This document shows, one piece after another, positions 11,068-21,530 of a stretch of DNA of 64,000 bases (position 1 is the first letter of the stretch; each line of letters starts with the position of its first letter). The position numbers were made by a program, and so were the translations under genes. The stretch is taken from NCBI GenBank assembly GCA_963729625.1, contig CAVSOU010000010.1:352001-416000 (forward strand), in the 5' to 3' direction. Source of the DNA: an uncultured bacterium (GTDB lineage Bacteria; Chloroflexota; UBA5177; JANWHV01). The notes below the pieces were generated by a model. The model made no database searches and had not been told where the DNA came from. It saw nothing but the letters and a program-made list of their open reading frames with translations.

Positions 11068-11311
11068 TCGCATCGGTGCCTGCCCGCTGGGGGACGGCAC
11101 CGCGAGCGCCGGTCCGGAGCACGGATACATGTTGCGCGGCCGCGACGAACCGAGCGCAATGGTCGCGTCGAAGCGGCGAACCGGGTGGTTCGATCGCCGT
11201 TCCTTTTCGCACGCCTTGGGCCGAGGATGACCTGAATATATCGACCGTGTGTGTGTCTGGGATCGAAATCGCCGTCGAGTTGGTGAGGGTTCGGAGGAGG
11301 CAGGTAGGTTT

Positions 11312-13432
11312 ATGGATAGTTGGGGTCCTTGGTTTGCACTTGGCTGCGCTGCTGCGGCGATAGTAGCCGGCGTGCTTCTCATCATGTGGGTCCTGCAGCA
11401 GGATCAGGGCAACCAGCGGATGAAAGATATCTCGAAGGCCGTACAGGAGGGCGCGGGCGCGTACCTCAATCGGCAGTACCGCACAATCGGACTTGTTGCC
11501 GTCGTCGTTGCGATCCTGCTGCTCTTCAGCCGGGAGAATTCCTCGCTGAATGGCATCAGTGTCAGCGACGGCGTAAAGTACATGATCTGCTTCCTCGTAG
11601 GCGCCGCGTGTTCGGCGGCGGCCGGGTACATCGGCATGAACGTCTCCGTACGCAGCAACCTTCGAACTGCTCAGGCGGCGACCAAGGGGCTGAACAGCGC
11701 GCTGACGCTTGCGTTCCGGGGCGGCTCTGTTACCGGTCTGTTCGTGGTCGGGCTCGGCCTCGCAGGCGTGTCGATCATGTACGAGGTGTATAACGACCCC
11801 AAGACCTTGGTCGCGCTGGGCTTCGGCGGCAGCTTGATCAGTGTGTTCGCCCGCCTGGGCGGCGGAATCTATACCAAGGCCGCGGACGTAGGAGCCGACC
11901 TCGTGGGTAAGGTAGAAGCAGGTATCCCTGAGGATGACCCACGCAACCCGGCAGTCATTGCCGACAACGTCGGCGACAACGTCGGCGACTGCGCCGGCAT
12001 GGCGGCGGACCTGTTCGAGACATACGCTATAACGCTCCTGGCTCCAATGGTCCTTGCCGATCTGCTATTCTCCAGGCTCACGTCGACGCACCTGGCCGCA
12101 GATGCCACGGCGCTCAAGCAGCTTGTCTCGTTGCCCTTGGTACTGGGCGGTGTGTCAATCCTGGCATCGATAATCGGCATCTTCTTTGTGCGAGTCAGCG
12201 CAGGCAGTAAGGCGATCATGGGCGCGATGTATAAGGGCACAATCGTCACGGCTGTGATCGCCGCGGTTGCGTTCATTCCTGTGTTCTTTGGCTTGCTCGA
12301 CAAGCTCGGCACCGTCAATCGAGACGCTGGAATCTCAGGCCTTGACCTCTCATCGGGCCGGCTGTACGTCTGCGCTCTCATCGGGTTGGCCATTACCGGC
12401 CTGATCGTGGCGACGACTGACTTCTACACGTCAGCCACGCACCGGCCGGTCAAGACCATTGCGCAGGCTTCAACGACGGGACACGGCACCAATATCATCC
12501 AGGGTCTGGCGGTCGGATTGGAAGCGACGGCGATTCCAGTAATCGTGATCGCGATTGGAATCTGGGTTTCATTCAGCCTGGTAGGCAGCCTCTACGGCGT
12601 CGCGATTGCAGCGACCGCCATGCTGTCCATGGCCGGGATCATCGTCGCCGTTGATTCGTACGGGCCAATCACCGACAACGCGGGCGGCATCGCGGAGATG
12701 GCCGAGCTCCCGGAGGAAATCCGGAACATCACCGACCCGCTCGATTCGGTGGGCAATACCACAAAAGCGGTGACCAAAGGCTACGCAATCGGCTCCGCGG
12801 CGCTGGCAGCTCTGGTGCTGTTTGCTTCGTTCAAGAACGAGCTCCCGTCGTCGCTGGTCAACGTGTCCTTCGATCTGACCAGTTACAAAGTGATCGTGGG
12901 TCTGTTCATCGGCGGTGTTCTTCCAAATATCTTTGCTTCACTATGCCTGACCGCAGTCGGCAAGGCAGCAGGCGGCGTCGTCGTCGAAGTTCGTCGCCAG
13001 TTCCGCGAGAAGCCGGGCATCATGAAGGGCACTGATCGACCTGACTACGCGCAGTGCGTGGACATTGTTACGAAGTCCGCCCTTCGGCAGATGGTGCTTC
13101 CAGCGCTCATACCGGTGCTCTCCCCGGTCGTGGTGGGCTTTGTTCTCGGCCCCGAAGCCCTCGGCGCTTGCCTTGTCGGCAGCATCATAGTTGGCGTGTT
13201 CATGGCCATCTCCATGACGAGTGGCGGCGGTGCATGGGACAACGCCAAGAAGTTTATCGAGGAAGGGAACCTGGGTGGCAAGGGGTCGCAGACGCATCAG
13301 GCCGCGGTGACGGGCGATACCGTGGGCGATCCGTATAAGGACACAGCCGGCCCGGCAATTAACCCGATGATCAAGGTGTTGAACATCGTCGCCGTGTTGA
13401 TCGCGCCTCTGCTTTCACACCACCTCTGGTAG
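11312..13432 (+). CDS. hppA: Membrane-bound H+-translocating pyrophosphatase, K+-independent type
   Basis: [28 protein letters not shown] and [11 protein letters not shown] motifs; GNTTKA has Lys at the K+-dependence site; RBS ggaggagg before ATG 11312. Confidence 0.97.
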   Translation: MDSWGPWFALGCAAAAIVAGVLLIMWVLQQDQGNQRMKDISKAVQEGAGAYLNRQYRTIGLVAVVVAILLLFSRENSSLNGISVSDGVKYMICFLVGAACSAAAGYIGMNVSVRSNLRTAQAATKGLNSALTLAFRGGSVTGLFVVGLGLAGVSIMYEVYNDPKTLVALGFGGSLISVFARLGGGIYTKAADVGADLVGKVEAGIPEDDPRNPAVIADNVGDNVGDCAGMAADLFETYAITLLAPMVLADLLFSRLTSTHLAADATALKQLVSLPLVLGGVSILASIIGIFFVRVSAGSKAIMGAMYKGTIVTAVIAAVAFIPVFFGLLDKLGTVNRDAGISGLDLSSGRLYVCALIGLAITGLIVATTDFYTSATHRPVKTIAQASTTGHGTNIIQGLAVGLEATAIPVIVIAIGIWVSFSLVGSLYGVAIAATAMLSMAGIIVAVDSYGPITDNAGGIAEMAELPEEIRNITDPLDSVGNTTKAVTKGYAIGSAALAALVLFASFKNELPSSLVNVSFDLTSYKVIVGLFIGGVLPNIFASLCLTAVGKAAGGVVVEVRRQFREKPGIMKGTDRPDYAQCVDIVTKSALRQMVLPALIPVLSPVVVGFVLGPEALGACLVGSIIVGVFMAISMTSGGGAWDNAKKFIEEGNLGGKGSQTHQAAVTGDTVGDPYKDTAGPAINPMIKVLNIVAVLIAPLLSHHLW

Positions 13433-13533
13433 GCGCGGTCGACACCGCGTGTCTGGTAGCATAGGTGAGCTAGCGGTGTAGCTCGCGCGGTTATTGGTGC
13501 AGCCCGTAGCGTTCGTCTGGGCTGCGCCGCGGT

Positions 13534-13572
13534 GGGCAGCCGAGCCTTAAGAAGGCCCGGCTGTCCTCTTGT
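13534..13572 (+). terminator. Possible intrinsic terminator after hppA
   Basis: 15-bp stem GGGCAGCCGAGCCTT/AAGGCCCGGCTGTCC with one mismatch, followed by a weak U tract (TCTTGT). Confidence 0.45.
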
Positions 13573-13629
13573 ATGCGGCGACCGGCGAACCAGTGCCATG
13601 AACGCCGCCACGCGCGAGAGGGGTAGTCA

Positions 13630-14631
13630 GTGCAAGTACTTGTCACAGGCGGCGCGGGCTTCATTGGATCGCACCTTGTCGACGCGTTGATCGCGCAGGG
13701 CATGCGCGTGCGCGTTCTGGATAATCTATCGACCGGGAAGCGCGAAAACATTGCCCATCATCTGTCCGATCCGCGATTTACCTTTCGCGAAGGCACGGTA
13801 GTCGACCGCGAGACCGTGCGAGAATTGGCCACCGGTTGCGATCTCGTCTTCCATTTGGCCGCCGCGATAGGTGTCCGTTATGTCATCGACGATCCGCTCG
13901 GAGGCATGGTTACCAACGTGCGGGGCACGGAAGAAGTTCTTGCCGCCGCATGTGATGCCGGATCTCGTCTCGTGCTGGCCTCGTCCTCCGAAGTCTATGG
14001 CAAGGGACTGCCTGCAGATGTCTGGGAGCCGTTCCGAGAGGATTCGGATTGCGTTGTTGGCCCGACCTCGGTGCCGCGGTGGTGGTATTCGCTCTCCAAG
14101 AGCCTGGACGAGCACATGGGATTCGCATACTTCCGGCAGCGCGGTCTGCCCGTCTCCGTCGTGCGGTATTTCAACATCTATGGGCCACGTTGCGATCCGG
14201 GGGGCTACGGCGTGCTGGCGCGATTCGTAAGCAGGGCGCTGCGTGGCGATGAGCTGACCGTCTATGGCGACGGGCGTCAAAGTCGAAGTTTTACCTTTGT
14301 CTCGGACGCGGTCCGCGCCACGCTGCTGGCCGCCGAGCGCACGGATGCGGTCGGCGAGGCAATCAACGTTGGCTCATCCAATGAAATCAGTATCATTGAT
14401 GCGGCGGGATTGGTTCTTTCCTTGACCGGGAGCCGTTCGGAGATCCAATATCAGCAGTATGCGGATGTGTTTGGCCCGCGCTTTGAAGACACCCGGCGGC
14501 GGGTTCCCGATGTGCGAAAGGCTGAGAAGGTGCTGGGATTCAGCGCAACGGTATCGCTTCGAGAAGGAATAGTCGCGACAGCTGATTGGTGGCGCAGCCG
14601 GCTCGGGAGTATGACGGACGCAAGGCCTTGA
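13630..14631 (+). CDS. NAD-dependent nucleotide-sugar epimerase/dehydratase (extended SDR)
   Basis: TGGAGFIG, SSSEVYG, YSLSK (YxxxK) and RYFNIYGPR. Confidence 0.93.
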   Translation: MQVLVTGGAGFIGSHLVDALIAQGMRVRVLDNLSTGKRENIAHHLSDPRFTFREGTVVDRETVRELATGCDLVFHLAAAIGVRYVIDDPLGGMVTNVRGTEEVLAAACDAGSRLVLASSSEVYGKGLPADVWEPFREDSDCVVGPTSVPRWWYSLSKSLDEHMGFAYFRQRGLPVSVVRYFNIYGPRCDPGGYGVLARFVSRALRGDELTVYGDGRQSRSFTFVSDAVRATLLAAERTDAVGEAINVGSSNEISIIDAAGLVLSLTGSRSEIQYQQYADVFGPRFEDTRRRVPDVRKAEKVLGFSATVSLREGIVATADWWRSRLGSMTDARP

Positions 14632-17045
14632 ACCCGCGTACGGCTTCGTTGGTTCGCATCCTCGATGGCCTAATCGAGCTCGGCTGGCTCTTCGCCATAC
14701 TCGCGGTGCCAACGTTCTTCAACCTGCGCGATGCCCGCATCTTCGAGCCGGACAAGATTGTGCTCCTGCGAGACATCGTCATCGTCATGGTAGTCGTCTT
14801 TCTGGTCAAGGCCGTCTACACCGCTCCCTATCAGATGCTGCGCTGGTCTGGGAAGTTGACTCCTGACAATCCGGGAAGCCCTGGAAGCGACGTCAAGACC
14901 TGGGTAACGCATCGGCCGATAGTGATAGCAGCCCTGGTGTTCGCCATCGTCTACCTGCTGGCTACCTTTGATTCGCTCCTTCCTGCCACCAGCTTCTGGG
15001 GCTCGTATGACCGGATGGAAGGGACGTACACGTACCTCACATACATCACGCTCTTCATGCTTATGGTCGGTCACATGCGCAGCTGGACGCAATTTGAGCG
15101 GGTTGCTACAGCCATCATCTTTTCGAGCATCCCATGTGCGGCGTACAGCTGGGTGCAGCGTTTCAACCTGGATCCGCTCGTGTGGGGCGGGTCCGGACCT
15201 ACGGCCGCCATGCGGACTCCCTCGACTCTCGGCAACCCGATATTCGAAGCCGCCTTCCTGCTCATGACGGTTCCCTTCACACTGCACCGGCTTGCGCAGG
15301 GTGGCGTTCTCTGGTGGCAGTCCCCCAATCTCCGGCCCTTTGCCGCCGGCAGCGCGCGGTTCTATGCCGGCATGTTGGGATACATTGCAGCGCTCGTCCT
15401 TCAGGTCGGCGCCATTGTCTTCTCTGGCAGTCGCGGGCCCGGTCTGGGATTCCTGGCGGCGGTTGTGGTCTTCTGCCTGGCGATCGCAGTCCGGCGGCGC
15501 GTGATGTGGCTTCTTCGTACTGTGGCGGTGGGCGCGCTTGTCCTGGTCGCTGTCTTTGGCGCAGCTAACACAGTGATGAAGGCCAGCAATACACCTCAGT
15601 CAGGTTTCTCGCGGTTCTTGTACCTCCTGCCAAGCGAGTCCGGCACGTCGGAGGTGCGGTCGTTGCTCTGGAACAGCGCGCCTTCGCTGCTGAAGGCACA
15701 TCCTCTTCTTGGTTGCGGACCTGAAGTGCTGATCTTCTGTTGGTATCCGGACTACCCGAGCGGTCTGCGCGCTATCGAGCTTGCCAATGCCGCGCCGGAC
15801 AGAAGCCACAACGAAGACATCGATATCGTGTTGACGACCGGGATTCTGGGTGCGATGTCCTATCTGGCGTTAATTGCAGCGATCGTAGCCAGTCAAATCC
15901 GTATCCTTCTGCGATCGGTCGACTTACGTAGCATGACGTTCAGTGCAGCCCTTTTGGCAATGATTATCGGCCATATCGTCGAAGCGTTTGTCGGTATTGC
16001 CTTCTCAGCAACCATTCTCCTGATCTGGTGCGCGGCAGCGATGAGTGCAGTGCTGGCGAGCGGAGAGCTGACTGGTGCGGCGGCCGCGTACGCCCCGACC
16101 GCTGCTGAGTCGGCCGATAGCGTAGAACCGCGACCGGCGGCTCGCGAGGGGTCCAAATCCGAGGTTAGTCGCCGGCAAGCGACCGAGGGGGCCAATCGGA
16201 GCGTACGTCGGAACAAGGACGATCGCCGCACTCCTCAGGTTTGGGGTGCGGGCGCCAACACAGCACCGGTCTACTCGATGGTCGATCAGCTCGCCCGCCT
16301 TGGCCGTGGGGGGGTGACCGCATTTGCCGGAGGCGTACTCGTGGCAATCGCACTCATTGCCGTGTGTGGGGCGCAGTTCATCGCGAACATCGAGCTGATC
16401 CAGGCCGACGCTGATTTCCGGAACGGGCAGGGCTATGAGCAAAGCGCAGGCAACCTTGCGTCGCAAACAGGTCAAATGTCCGGTGCCGAGGCGACCTATG
16501 TGGGAGCGATTACGGCCTACCAGGACGCGATCAGCACGCTGCCGTCGTGGAACGGCAATCCGACGTATGATGAGTACAGCCTGTTCCTGGGCAAGACGTA
16601 CCTCGAGTACGCAAACACGCTCTATAACGACCTGGCGAATAAGGTGACCGGTTCCGCGACGCTGGCGCAGGTCGAAAGCGAGTTCCAGAACGCTGCCGAT
16701 GTGTTCGTCGCCGCCGCAAAGGCCAATCCTCTCAACCCCGATCATCCACGGAACCTCGGCAAGCTCTACCTTGAGTGGTCGGGCGTGAACAGCAGCAAGC
16801 CCGATCTGCAGAAGCTTGAGACTGCCAGCAGTTACTTTCAGCAGGCCGCCTCCCTCGCACCGCATAACGCGGACATCCCCGACGAGTGGACCCTGGTGAA
16901 CATGCTCATCGGCAATAACTATCCCAGCCTGGCACGGGCGCAGTTCTCACAGGCCCTCGCGCACCTGATGAGAGCTCTGGAACTGTACCCTGAGAGCGGA
17001 GCCGCGTACCGCGATCTCGGGATCTGTCTACGTGCAGTACTCTGA
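14628..17045 (+). CDS. O-antigen ligase (Wzy_C/WaaL/PglL-like) family membrane protein with TPR-like C-terminus; frameshifted near 17025
   Basis: STLGNP, SGSRG, R..LW...HPLLGCGP and DRSHN motifs; helical TPR-like tail; TTGA coupling to the upstream gene. Confidence 0.85.
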   Translation: MNPRTASLVRILDGLIELGWLFAILAVPTFFNLRDARIFEPDKIVLLRDIVIVMVVVFLVKAVYTAPYQMLRWSGKLTPDNPGSPGSDVKTWVTHRPIVIAALVFAIVYLLATFDSLLPATSFWGSYDRMEGTYTYLTYITLFMLMVGHMRSWTQFERVATAIIFSSIPCAAYSWVQRFNLDPLVWGGSGPTAAMRTPSTLGNPIFEAAFLLMTVPFTLHRLAQGGVLWWQSPNLRPFAAGSARFYAGMLGYIAALVLQVGAIVFSGSRGPGLGFLAAVVVFCLAIAVRRRVMWLLRTVAVGALVLVAVFGAANTVMKASNTPQSGFSRFLYLLPSESGTSEVRSLLWNSAPSLLKAHPLLGCGPEVLIFCWYPDYPSGLRAIELANAAPDRSHNEDIDIVLTTGILGAMSYLALIAAIVASQIRILLRSVDLRSMTFSAALLAMIIGHIVEAFVGIAFSATILLIWCAAAMSAVLASGELTGAAAAYAPTAAESADSVEPRPAAREGSKSEVSRRQATEGANRSVRRNKDDRRTPQVWGAGANTAPVYSMVDQLARLGRGGVTAFAGGVLVAIALIAVCGAQFIANIELIQADADFRNGQGYEQSAGNLASQTGQMSGAEATYVGAITAYQDAISTLPSWNGNPTYDEYSLFLGKTYLEYANTLYNDLANKVTGSATLAQVESEFQNAADVFVAAAKANPLNPDHPRNLGKLYLEWSGVNSSKPDLQKLETASSYFQQAASLAPHNADIPDEWTLVNMLIGNNYPSLARAQFSQALAHLMRALELYPESGAAYRDLGICLRAVL

Positions 17046-17343
17046 GTTCGCGGCTGCCGACCACCAGACGAGCAAACAGACGCAGTACTTGGGACTCGCT
17101 CGCGATGCGTGGGTCAAGGCGCTGTCCTACAACGCTCCACAATCGCAGGGAATTTACCCCAAGCTGACATCGCTCGAGTATCAGGTGTTCCAGGACTACT
17201 GCGCTGCCGGCAACTATGCGCAGACCGGCCTGCAGCTCGTGCAAAACAAGACGTTGGCGGACTCTGACGGCAAGAATGCGGCTCTGTTCCAGCAGGCGAT
17301 CGCGGCGGCCCGCAGCCATGGTTGCCGTCTCACGAGCCAGTGA
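17026..17343 (+). pseudogene. Out-of-frame C-terminal TPR-like continuation of the O-antigen-ligase gene
   Basis: Removing T17025 gives RDLGI-VYVQYSEF..., continuing the TPR helix pattern; its stop overlaps the next GTG. Confidence 0.65.
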
Positions 17344-18449
17344 GCGGGTACTTACTGTCGTTCGTATTCTCCATGGCCGTGGCATTGGTGGCTACACCCA
17401 TTGCCAGACGCGTGGCCATCCAACTTGACATCGTTGACCATCCAGATGGCCGAAAAGCCCATGGATCGCCTGTTCCGTACCTTGGCGGTGTGGCCATCTA
17501 CCTGGCATTCATAGTGATCCTTATTTTCGCTATAGGTCCGGGCAACCACGACTCCGGCTTCAACCTTGCAACCGGGCAACTCATTGCCATCGTCGGCGGT
17601 GCGTCACTGATGGCGCTGCTGGGCCTTCTTGATGACCGCTATGATTTGCCTGCAGGAGTCAAGCTCGTGGGCCAGTTGACTGGCGCAGGCATTCTGCTTG
17701 CGGCCAAAGTGGAGATTCACTTCAACCATGCCATGTTTGCGCCGCTCGAGGCGCCGATAACCGTCGTATGGGTAGTGGGAATTACCAATGCATTCAATCT
17801 CATGGACAACATGGACGGGCTGGCAGTTGGCACCGCTGGAATCGCGGCCACCTTTTTCTTCATACATGCAATTCTGGCCCTGCCTGTTCAAAGCTTCGTG
17901 GCGTCCCTTGCTGCCGCCCTGGCCGGCGCCTGCTTTGGCTTCCTCTTCTACAACTGGAGCCCAGCCAAGATCTTCATGGGTGATGCGGGCGCGCTGTTTC
18001 TCGGCTATATCCTGTCCGCTCTCGCACTGAAGCTCAGCCTCACGACGACCAGCCCCGCGCTCGTTCAGCTGGCGCAGACTGCAGGCTACTCTACAGGAGT
18101 AACACAGAATTTGCACGCAATTGCCCTCGTGGCTCCCGTCCTAGTGCTTGGCATTCCGATCTTCGACACGACCCTCGTGACGATTTCGCGTCTGCGTCGA
18201 AGAGTGCCGGTATCGCGCGGAGGCCGCGATCACTTGTCGCATCGACTGGTCGGCTCAGGCTTGACGCACCGTGAGGCGGTGATGAGCCTGTACCTGGCGA
18301 GCTGCGCTCTGGGAGGGCTGAGCATCGTGCTCACCCGCGTGAACCTGCGGGAGGGCATATTCGTCCTCTCCGTCGTCGCGATCGCCTCGGTCTACTTGTT
18401 CTTCCGTTTCGAGAACATGTACCGCATGCAGACGGCAAACCCCGCATGA
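17340..18449 (+). CDS. Polyprenyl-phosphate GlcNAc-1-P transferase (WecA/TagO, MraY-like)
   Basis: RKAH..PVPYLGG, GLLDD, NAFNLMDNMDGL, KIFMGDAG and DHLSHRL. Confidence 0.93.
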   Translation: MSGYLLSFVFSMAVALVATPIARRVAIQLDIVDHPDGRKAHGSPVPYLGGVAIYLAFIVILIFAIGPGNHDSGFNLATGQLIAIVGGASLMALLGLLDDRYDLPAGVKLVGQLTGAGILLAAKVEIHFNHAMFAPLEAPITVVWVVGITNAFNLMDNMDGLAVGTAGIAATFFFIHAILALPVQSFVASLAAALAGACFGFLFYNWSPAKIFMGDAGALFLGYILSALALKLSLTTTSPALVQLAQTAGYSTGVTQNLHAIALVAPVLVLGIPIFDTTLVTISRLRRRVPVSRGGRDHLSHRLVGSGLTHREAVMSLYLASCALGGLSIVLTRVNLREGIFVLSVVAIASVYLFFRFENMYRMQTANPA

Positions 18450-18556
18450 GGAGTTCAGGGGCCTCGCGAGCGGCGAGCTGGGCACTATGGGCGAGGCCCG
18501 GCGCGATCCTATGTTCGGCGGCCATGTTCAAGCGCCGCGCTCGCCTGTTGACTGTG

Positions 18557-19105
18557 TCAGTCGGGAGCTGGTCCTCGCAGCGACGCTCTCGATTCGCGAT
18601 CCGGTTCACGAGACAGCTCGCTGCGCGGCGGCTTGTCTGTAATGCGCCGGACCAGATCCGCTTCATTCGAGTACCGGAGGGAACCGCTTGCCGTTCCCAC
18701 TGGGAACCAGGCGACCAGATCATATTCATGATCGTGTTGCGAAGGATCGCCGCCGATGGCAACCATCGTGTAGTAGGCAACACGCTTGCGATACCTGATC
18801 CCACGATCGAGGAACGTGTACGTAATCACGCCGGCAAAGCCCGTTATTGCCACCTCAAGGCCAGTTTCCTCGCGCACCTCGCGGAGAGCGGTCTGCTGAG
18901 CGCTCTCTCCGGCGAGTGGCGTACCCTTCGGCAGCGCCCATAGCTGCCGATCCCGCGAAACCTGATCGCGACCCACGAGCAGAATCTCGCGGGAGTCAGG
19001 TTGTCCTCGAAGCACGATACCCCCGGCTGAGAAAGCATGAACCACGCGTCGCGACACAGTCCCATCTACATCGCTGCACCGCGTCTCAGGCGTCCCCCTG
19101 GTCAT
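18557..19105 (-). CDS. NUDIX hydrolase
   Basis: Complete Nudix box GTPLAGESAQQTALREVREETGL; SAGG and WALPKG. Confidence 0.93.
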   Translation of the reverse strand: MTRGTPETRCSDVDGTVSRRVVHAFSAGGIVLRGQPDSREILLVGRDQVSRDRQLWALPKGTPLAGESAQQTALREVREETGLEVAITGFAGVITYTFLDRGIRYRKRVAYYTMVAIGGDPSQHDHEYDLVAWFPVGTASGSLRYSNEADLVRRITDKPPRSELSREPDRESRASLRGPAPD

Positions 19106-19995
19106 GGTTCCAAACCGCCATCCGCAGAGTACTTCGCGGATTCGCCGGCATCCTGCCGCGTCGAACTTCGAATGCCATCAATTCCATGTCGACTTAACCC
19201 GACATGATTCTGCACGTCCGCCTGCGATACGGTTCTGACCCCGTTTCCGCGATCGCCGGTTCGAGCGGCACCCGCCGTGTCCCGCCTCTGATGCAGCACA
19301 CCAGCGAGCTCGGTGAGATTTCGGCGAAGCTGGGCGTTCGCCGCAGTCCGTAGCCAGTTGGTCGAAGCGTGGCGATGGTCGTCGTCATCTCGGCAATGCG
19401 TGCTATCGCAACTGAGAATGCGCGCGAACTCCTCGAGCTCGGCAAGACTACTCGCGTTGCAACCTATCAGGTGCCCGGTGCCTACCGCCGCCAGCGCGTA
19501 CAAATTGACCGAGCGATCCGCGACCGGCTCTCCATGCTGCCGAGCGGCTTCGCCCCGGCACTGATCCTTGATCACATCTGCAAGGAGGCGCATGACGGTT
19601 AAGTCTTGCAGTCCGGCTGTAATAAAGGCCGCCTGGGAATAGAGATAGTCGCCTGCAAGCACTACCAAATGCAGGTCGACAGCAGGCAGTTCCGCGGGCA
19701 CGAGCGGGTCTCCGCGCATCATCTGGCGGTGCGCAAGGCCGGCAACCTCAACGATCTGCACGGCCACCGCAAAGCGGAGCACTCGATCCGGAACCGAGTC
19801 CACAAACGCGCGCGAAACGAGCAGGGCAACCCGAGCGGTAATCGGGTTTCCGTGGCGGTCCAGCAGGGTCTGAATGACGTGATGCAGATACTCGCCATCC
19901 GCCTTGCCCAGGCGTGCAAGAAACCGAGAGACGCGTTCCGCATCGGTCTGAACTGGGCTCAGCAGTGCAGCAAGTCGACCGTCCATTGCTTGCAT
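19102..19995 (-). CDS. Degenerate polyprenyl diphosphate synthase-like protein
   Basis: VLAGDYLYSQA and ..CRGE..Q segments of trans-prenyltransferases are present, but the first DDxxD motif is absent; ATG 4 nt after the tatD stop. Confidence 0.65.
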   Translation of the reverse strand: MQAMDGRLAALLSPVQTDAERVSRFLARLGKADGEYLHHVIQTLLDRHGNPITARVALLVSRAFVDSVPDRVLRFAVAVQIVEVAGLAHRQMMRGDPLVPAELPAVDLHLVVLAGDYLYSQAAFITAGLQDLTVMRLLADVIKDQCRGEAARQHGEPVADRSVNLYALAAVGTGHLIGCNASSLAELEEFARILSCDSTHCRDDDDHRHASTNWLRTAANAQLRRNLTELAGVLHQRRDTAGAARTGDRGNGVRTVSQADVQNHVGLSRHGIDGIRSSTRQDAGESAKYSADGGLEP

Positions 19996-19999
19996 CTGG

Positions 20000-20815
20000 C
20001 TACAAGCCAAAGAGGCGTCGGGCGTTGGCGACCAGGGACGGGGCCAAAGCGTCAACACTTACACCTCGCGCCGCGGCAAGAACCGCGACCGTGTGAACCA
20101 CGTTTGCCGGCTCGTTCCGCTTGCCGCGCAAGGGCGCCGGCGCGAGGTACGGCGAATCGGTCTCTACGAGGAGCCGGTCTTCCGGTATGCCGGCGGCAAC
20201 CTCGCGAAGCTTGGCTGCGCTGGGATACGTGAGATTGCCTGCAAATGAAACGTAGTAACCCAGCTCAAGGAACTTCCTTGCAAACCGCGTGTCACCACTG
20301 AAGCAGTGAAGCACACCTTGCACTGACGACCCGTAGCCGGCAGCAATGGCGTAGATGTCGTCGTCTGCGTCACGATTGTGCAGGATGATTGGCAGGTGAG
20401 TCGAAAGGGCCAATCGCATATGTCTTTCAAGATGAGCTCGCTGCAGCACAGGGTCCGTGTGCTGTCGGTAATAGTCAAGGCCAGTCTCGCCGAGCGCCCG
20501 CACCCGCGGCATTTTCGCGAGACGCTCCAACTCAGAGAAGTCGTCGTCAGGCGCGGCGTGATTCGGATGAATGCCAACGGCAGCGAACACCTGAGAACAG
20601 GTGTCAGCGATTGCCAGGACCGTCCCGCAATTTGCCAGGTCAACCGACGGCACGAGCATACACGTGACACCGGCTTGCAAGGCGCGAAGGATCACAGGAT
20701 CTATTTCGGCACCTGCGCCGTCCAGAAAGTGCGCGTGCGTGTCAATATACTCGTGGTTGCAGCCGCTCTCCTGGCCCCGCGCGGAAGGCTGCCAATCCAT
20801 ACTACCCCATTTCAT
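20000..20815 (-). CDS. tatD: TatD family metal-dependent DNase
   Basis: DTHAH, GIHP, GETGLDY, HNRD, HCFSG and ETDSPY. Confidence 0.95.
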   Translation of the reverse strand: MKWGSMDWQPSARGQESGCNHEYIDTHAHFLDGAGAEIDPVILRALQAGVTCMLVPSVDLANCGTVLAIADTCSQVFAAVGIHPNHAAPDDDFSELERLAKMPRVRALGETGLDYYRQHTDPVLQRAHLERHMRLALSTHLPIILHNRDADDDIYAIAAGYGSSVQGVLHCFSGDTRFARKFLELGYYVSFAGNLTYPSAAKLREVAAGIPEDRLLVETDSPYLAPAPLRGKRNEPANVVHTVAVLAAARGVSVDALAPSLVANARRLFGL

Positions 20816-20927
20816 CGAAGAGCTATGGTAGGTACGGAGCCTTCCGTCCCGGCGTCGCCACTCTCCACACGTGCGGCGACGCTGCCTTCTCCGCCGATAC
20901 TATACCACACCGAATTTCGGCCGAGCT

Positions 20928-21269
20928 CTAGCCAGGCGGCCACTGGAGTGCTCGGCCGCCAAGAACATGAATGTGCAGGTGGTCCACACTTTGCCCGCCG
21001 TCCGCGCCATGGTTCACCACCAGCCTGAAGCCGCCGTCAAGCCGCTCGGCGGCCGCAACGTGCTGCGCCATCTCCACGAGTGAATTCCAGAGCTGATCCT
21101 GCCCAGGCAGGTCGACCAGACCGGCCACATGGCTCTTGGGGGCCACCAGCACATGTACCGGTGCTTGAGGGTTGACGTCTCGAAATGCAATGACGCGATC
21201 GTTTTCAGCCACGCGCGTAACAGGAATCTCGCCTCGCGCGATGCGGCAGAAGACGCAACTATCGCTCAC
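20928..21269 (-). CDS. HIT-family (HinT) nucleotide-binding protein
   Basis: CVFCRIARGEIP and GQSVDHLHIHVLGG; GTG start with ggag RBS. Confidence 0.95.
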   Translation of the reverse strand: MSDSCVFCRIARGEIPVTRVAENDRVIAFRDVNPQAPVHVLVAPKSHVAGLVDLPGQDQLWNSLVEMAQHVAAAERLDGGFRLVVNHGADGGQSVDHLHIHVLGGRALQWPPG

Positions 21270-21331
21270 AAAAACGCTCCTTCCAGTTCGGTTTCGTATT
21301 CTATCAACTGCGTCGGCGCGGACCTGGCGCA

Positions 21332-21361
21332 TTGACTGGCCCAAGCCCTTCAGCCTACAAT
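21332..21361 (+). promoter_or_regulatory. Putative sigma70 promoter of the hisZ-hisG operon
   Basis: TTGACT-N18-TACAAT. Confidence 0.55.
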
Positions 21362-21530
21362 TCTACAGCGTGGCGGTCAGGATCACGCCTTTCGCGCCGC
21401 CACTGGCCGTGCGTGGCTCGCGGGCCTGTCTCATACCCTGGACGATCCAGATACATTCGAGTGTGGTCGCGCGCTCGCCTACACGCGACCGTGCCGGCCA
21501 GCGCAGTCTGGCCAACAATGGGGAGACGGG

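Noticed and set aside
11963-11989. GACAACGTCGGC tandem repeat
   Set aside because: Encodes the conserved DNVGDNVGD motif of membrane pyrophosphatases
21362-21530. His attenuator peptide or T-box in the hisZ leader
   Set aside because: No His-codon run and no T-box consensus visible
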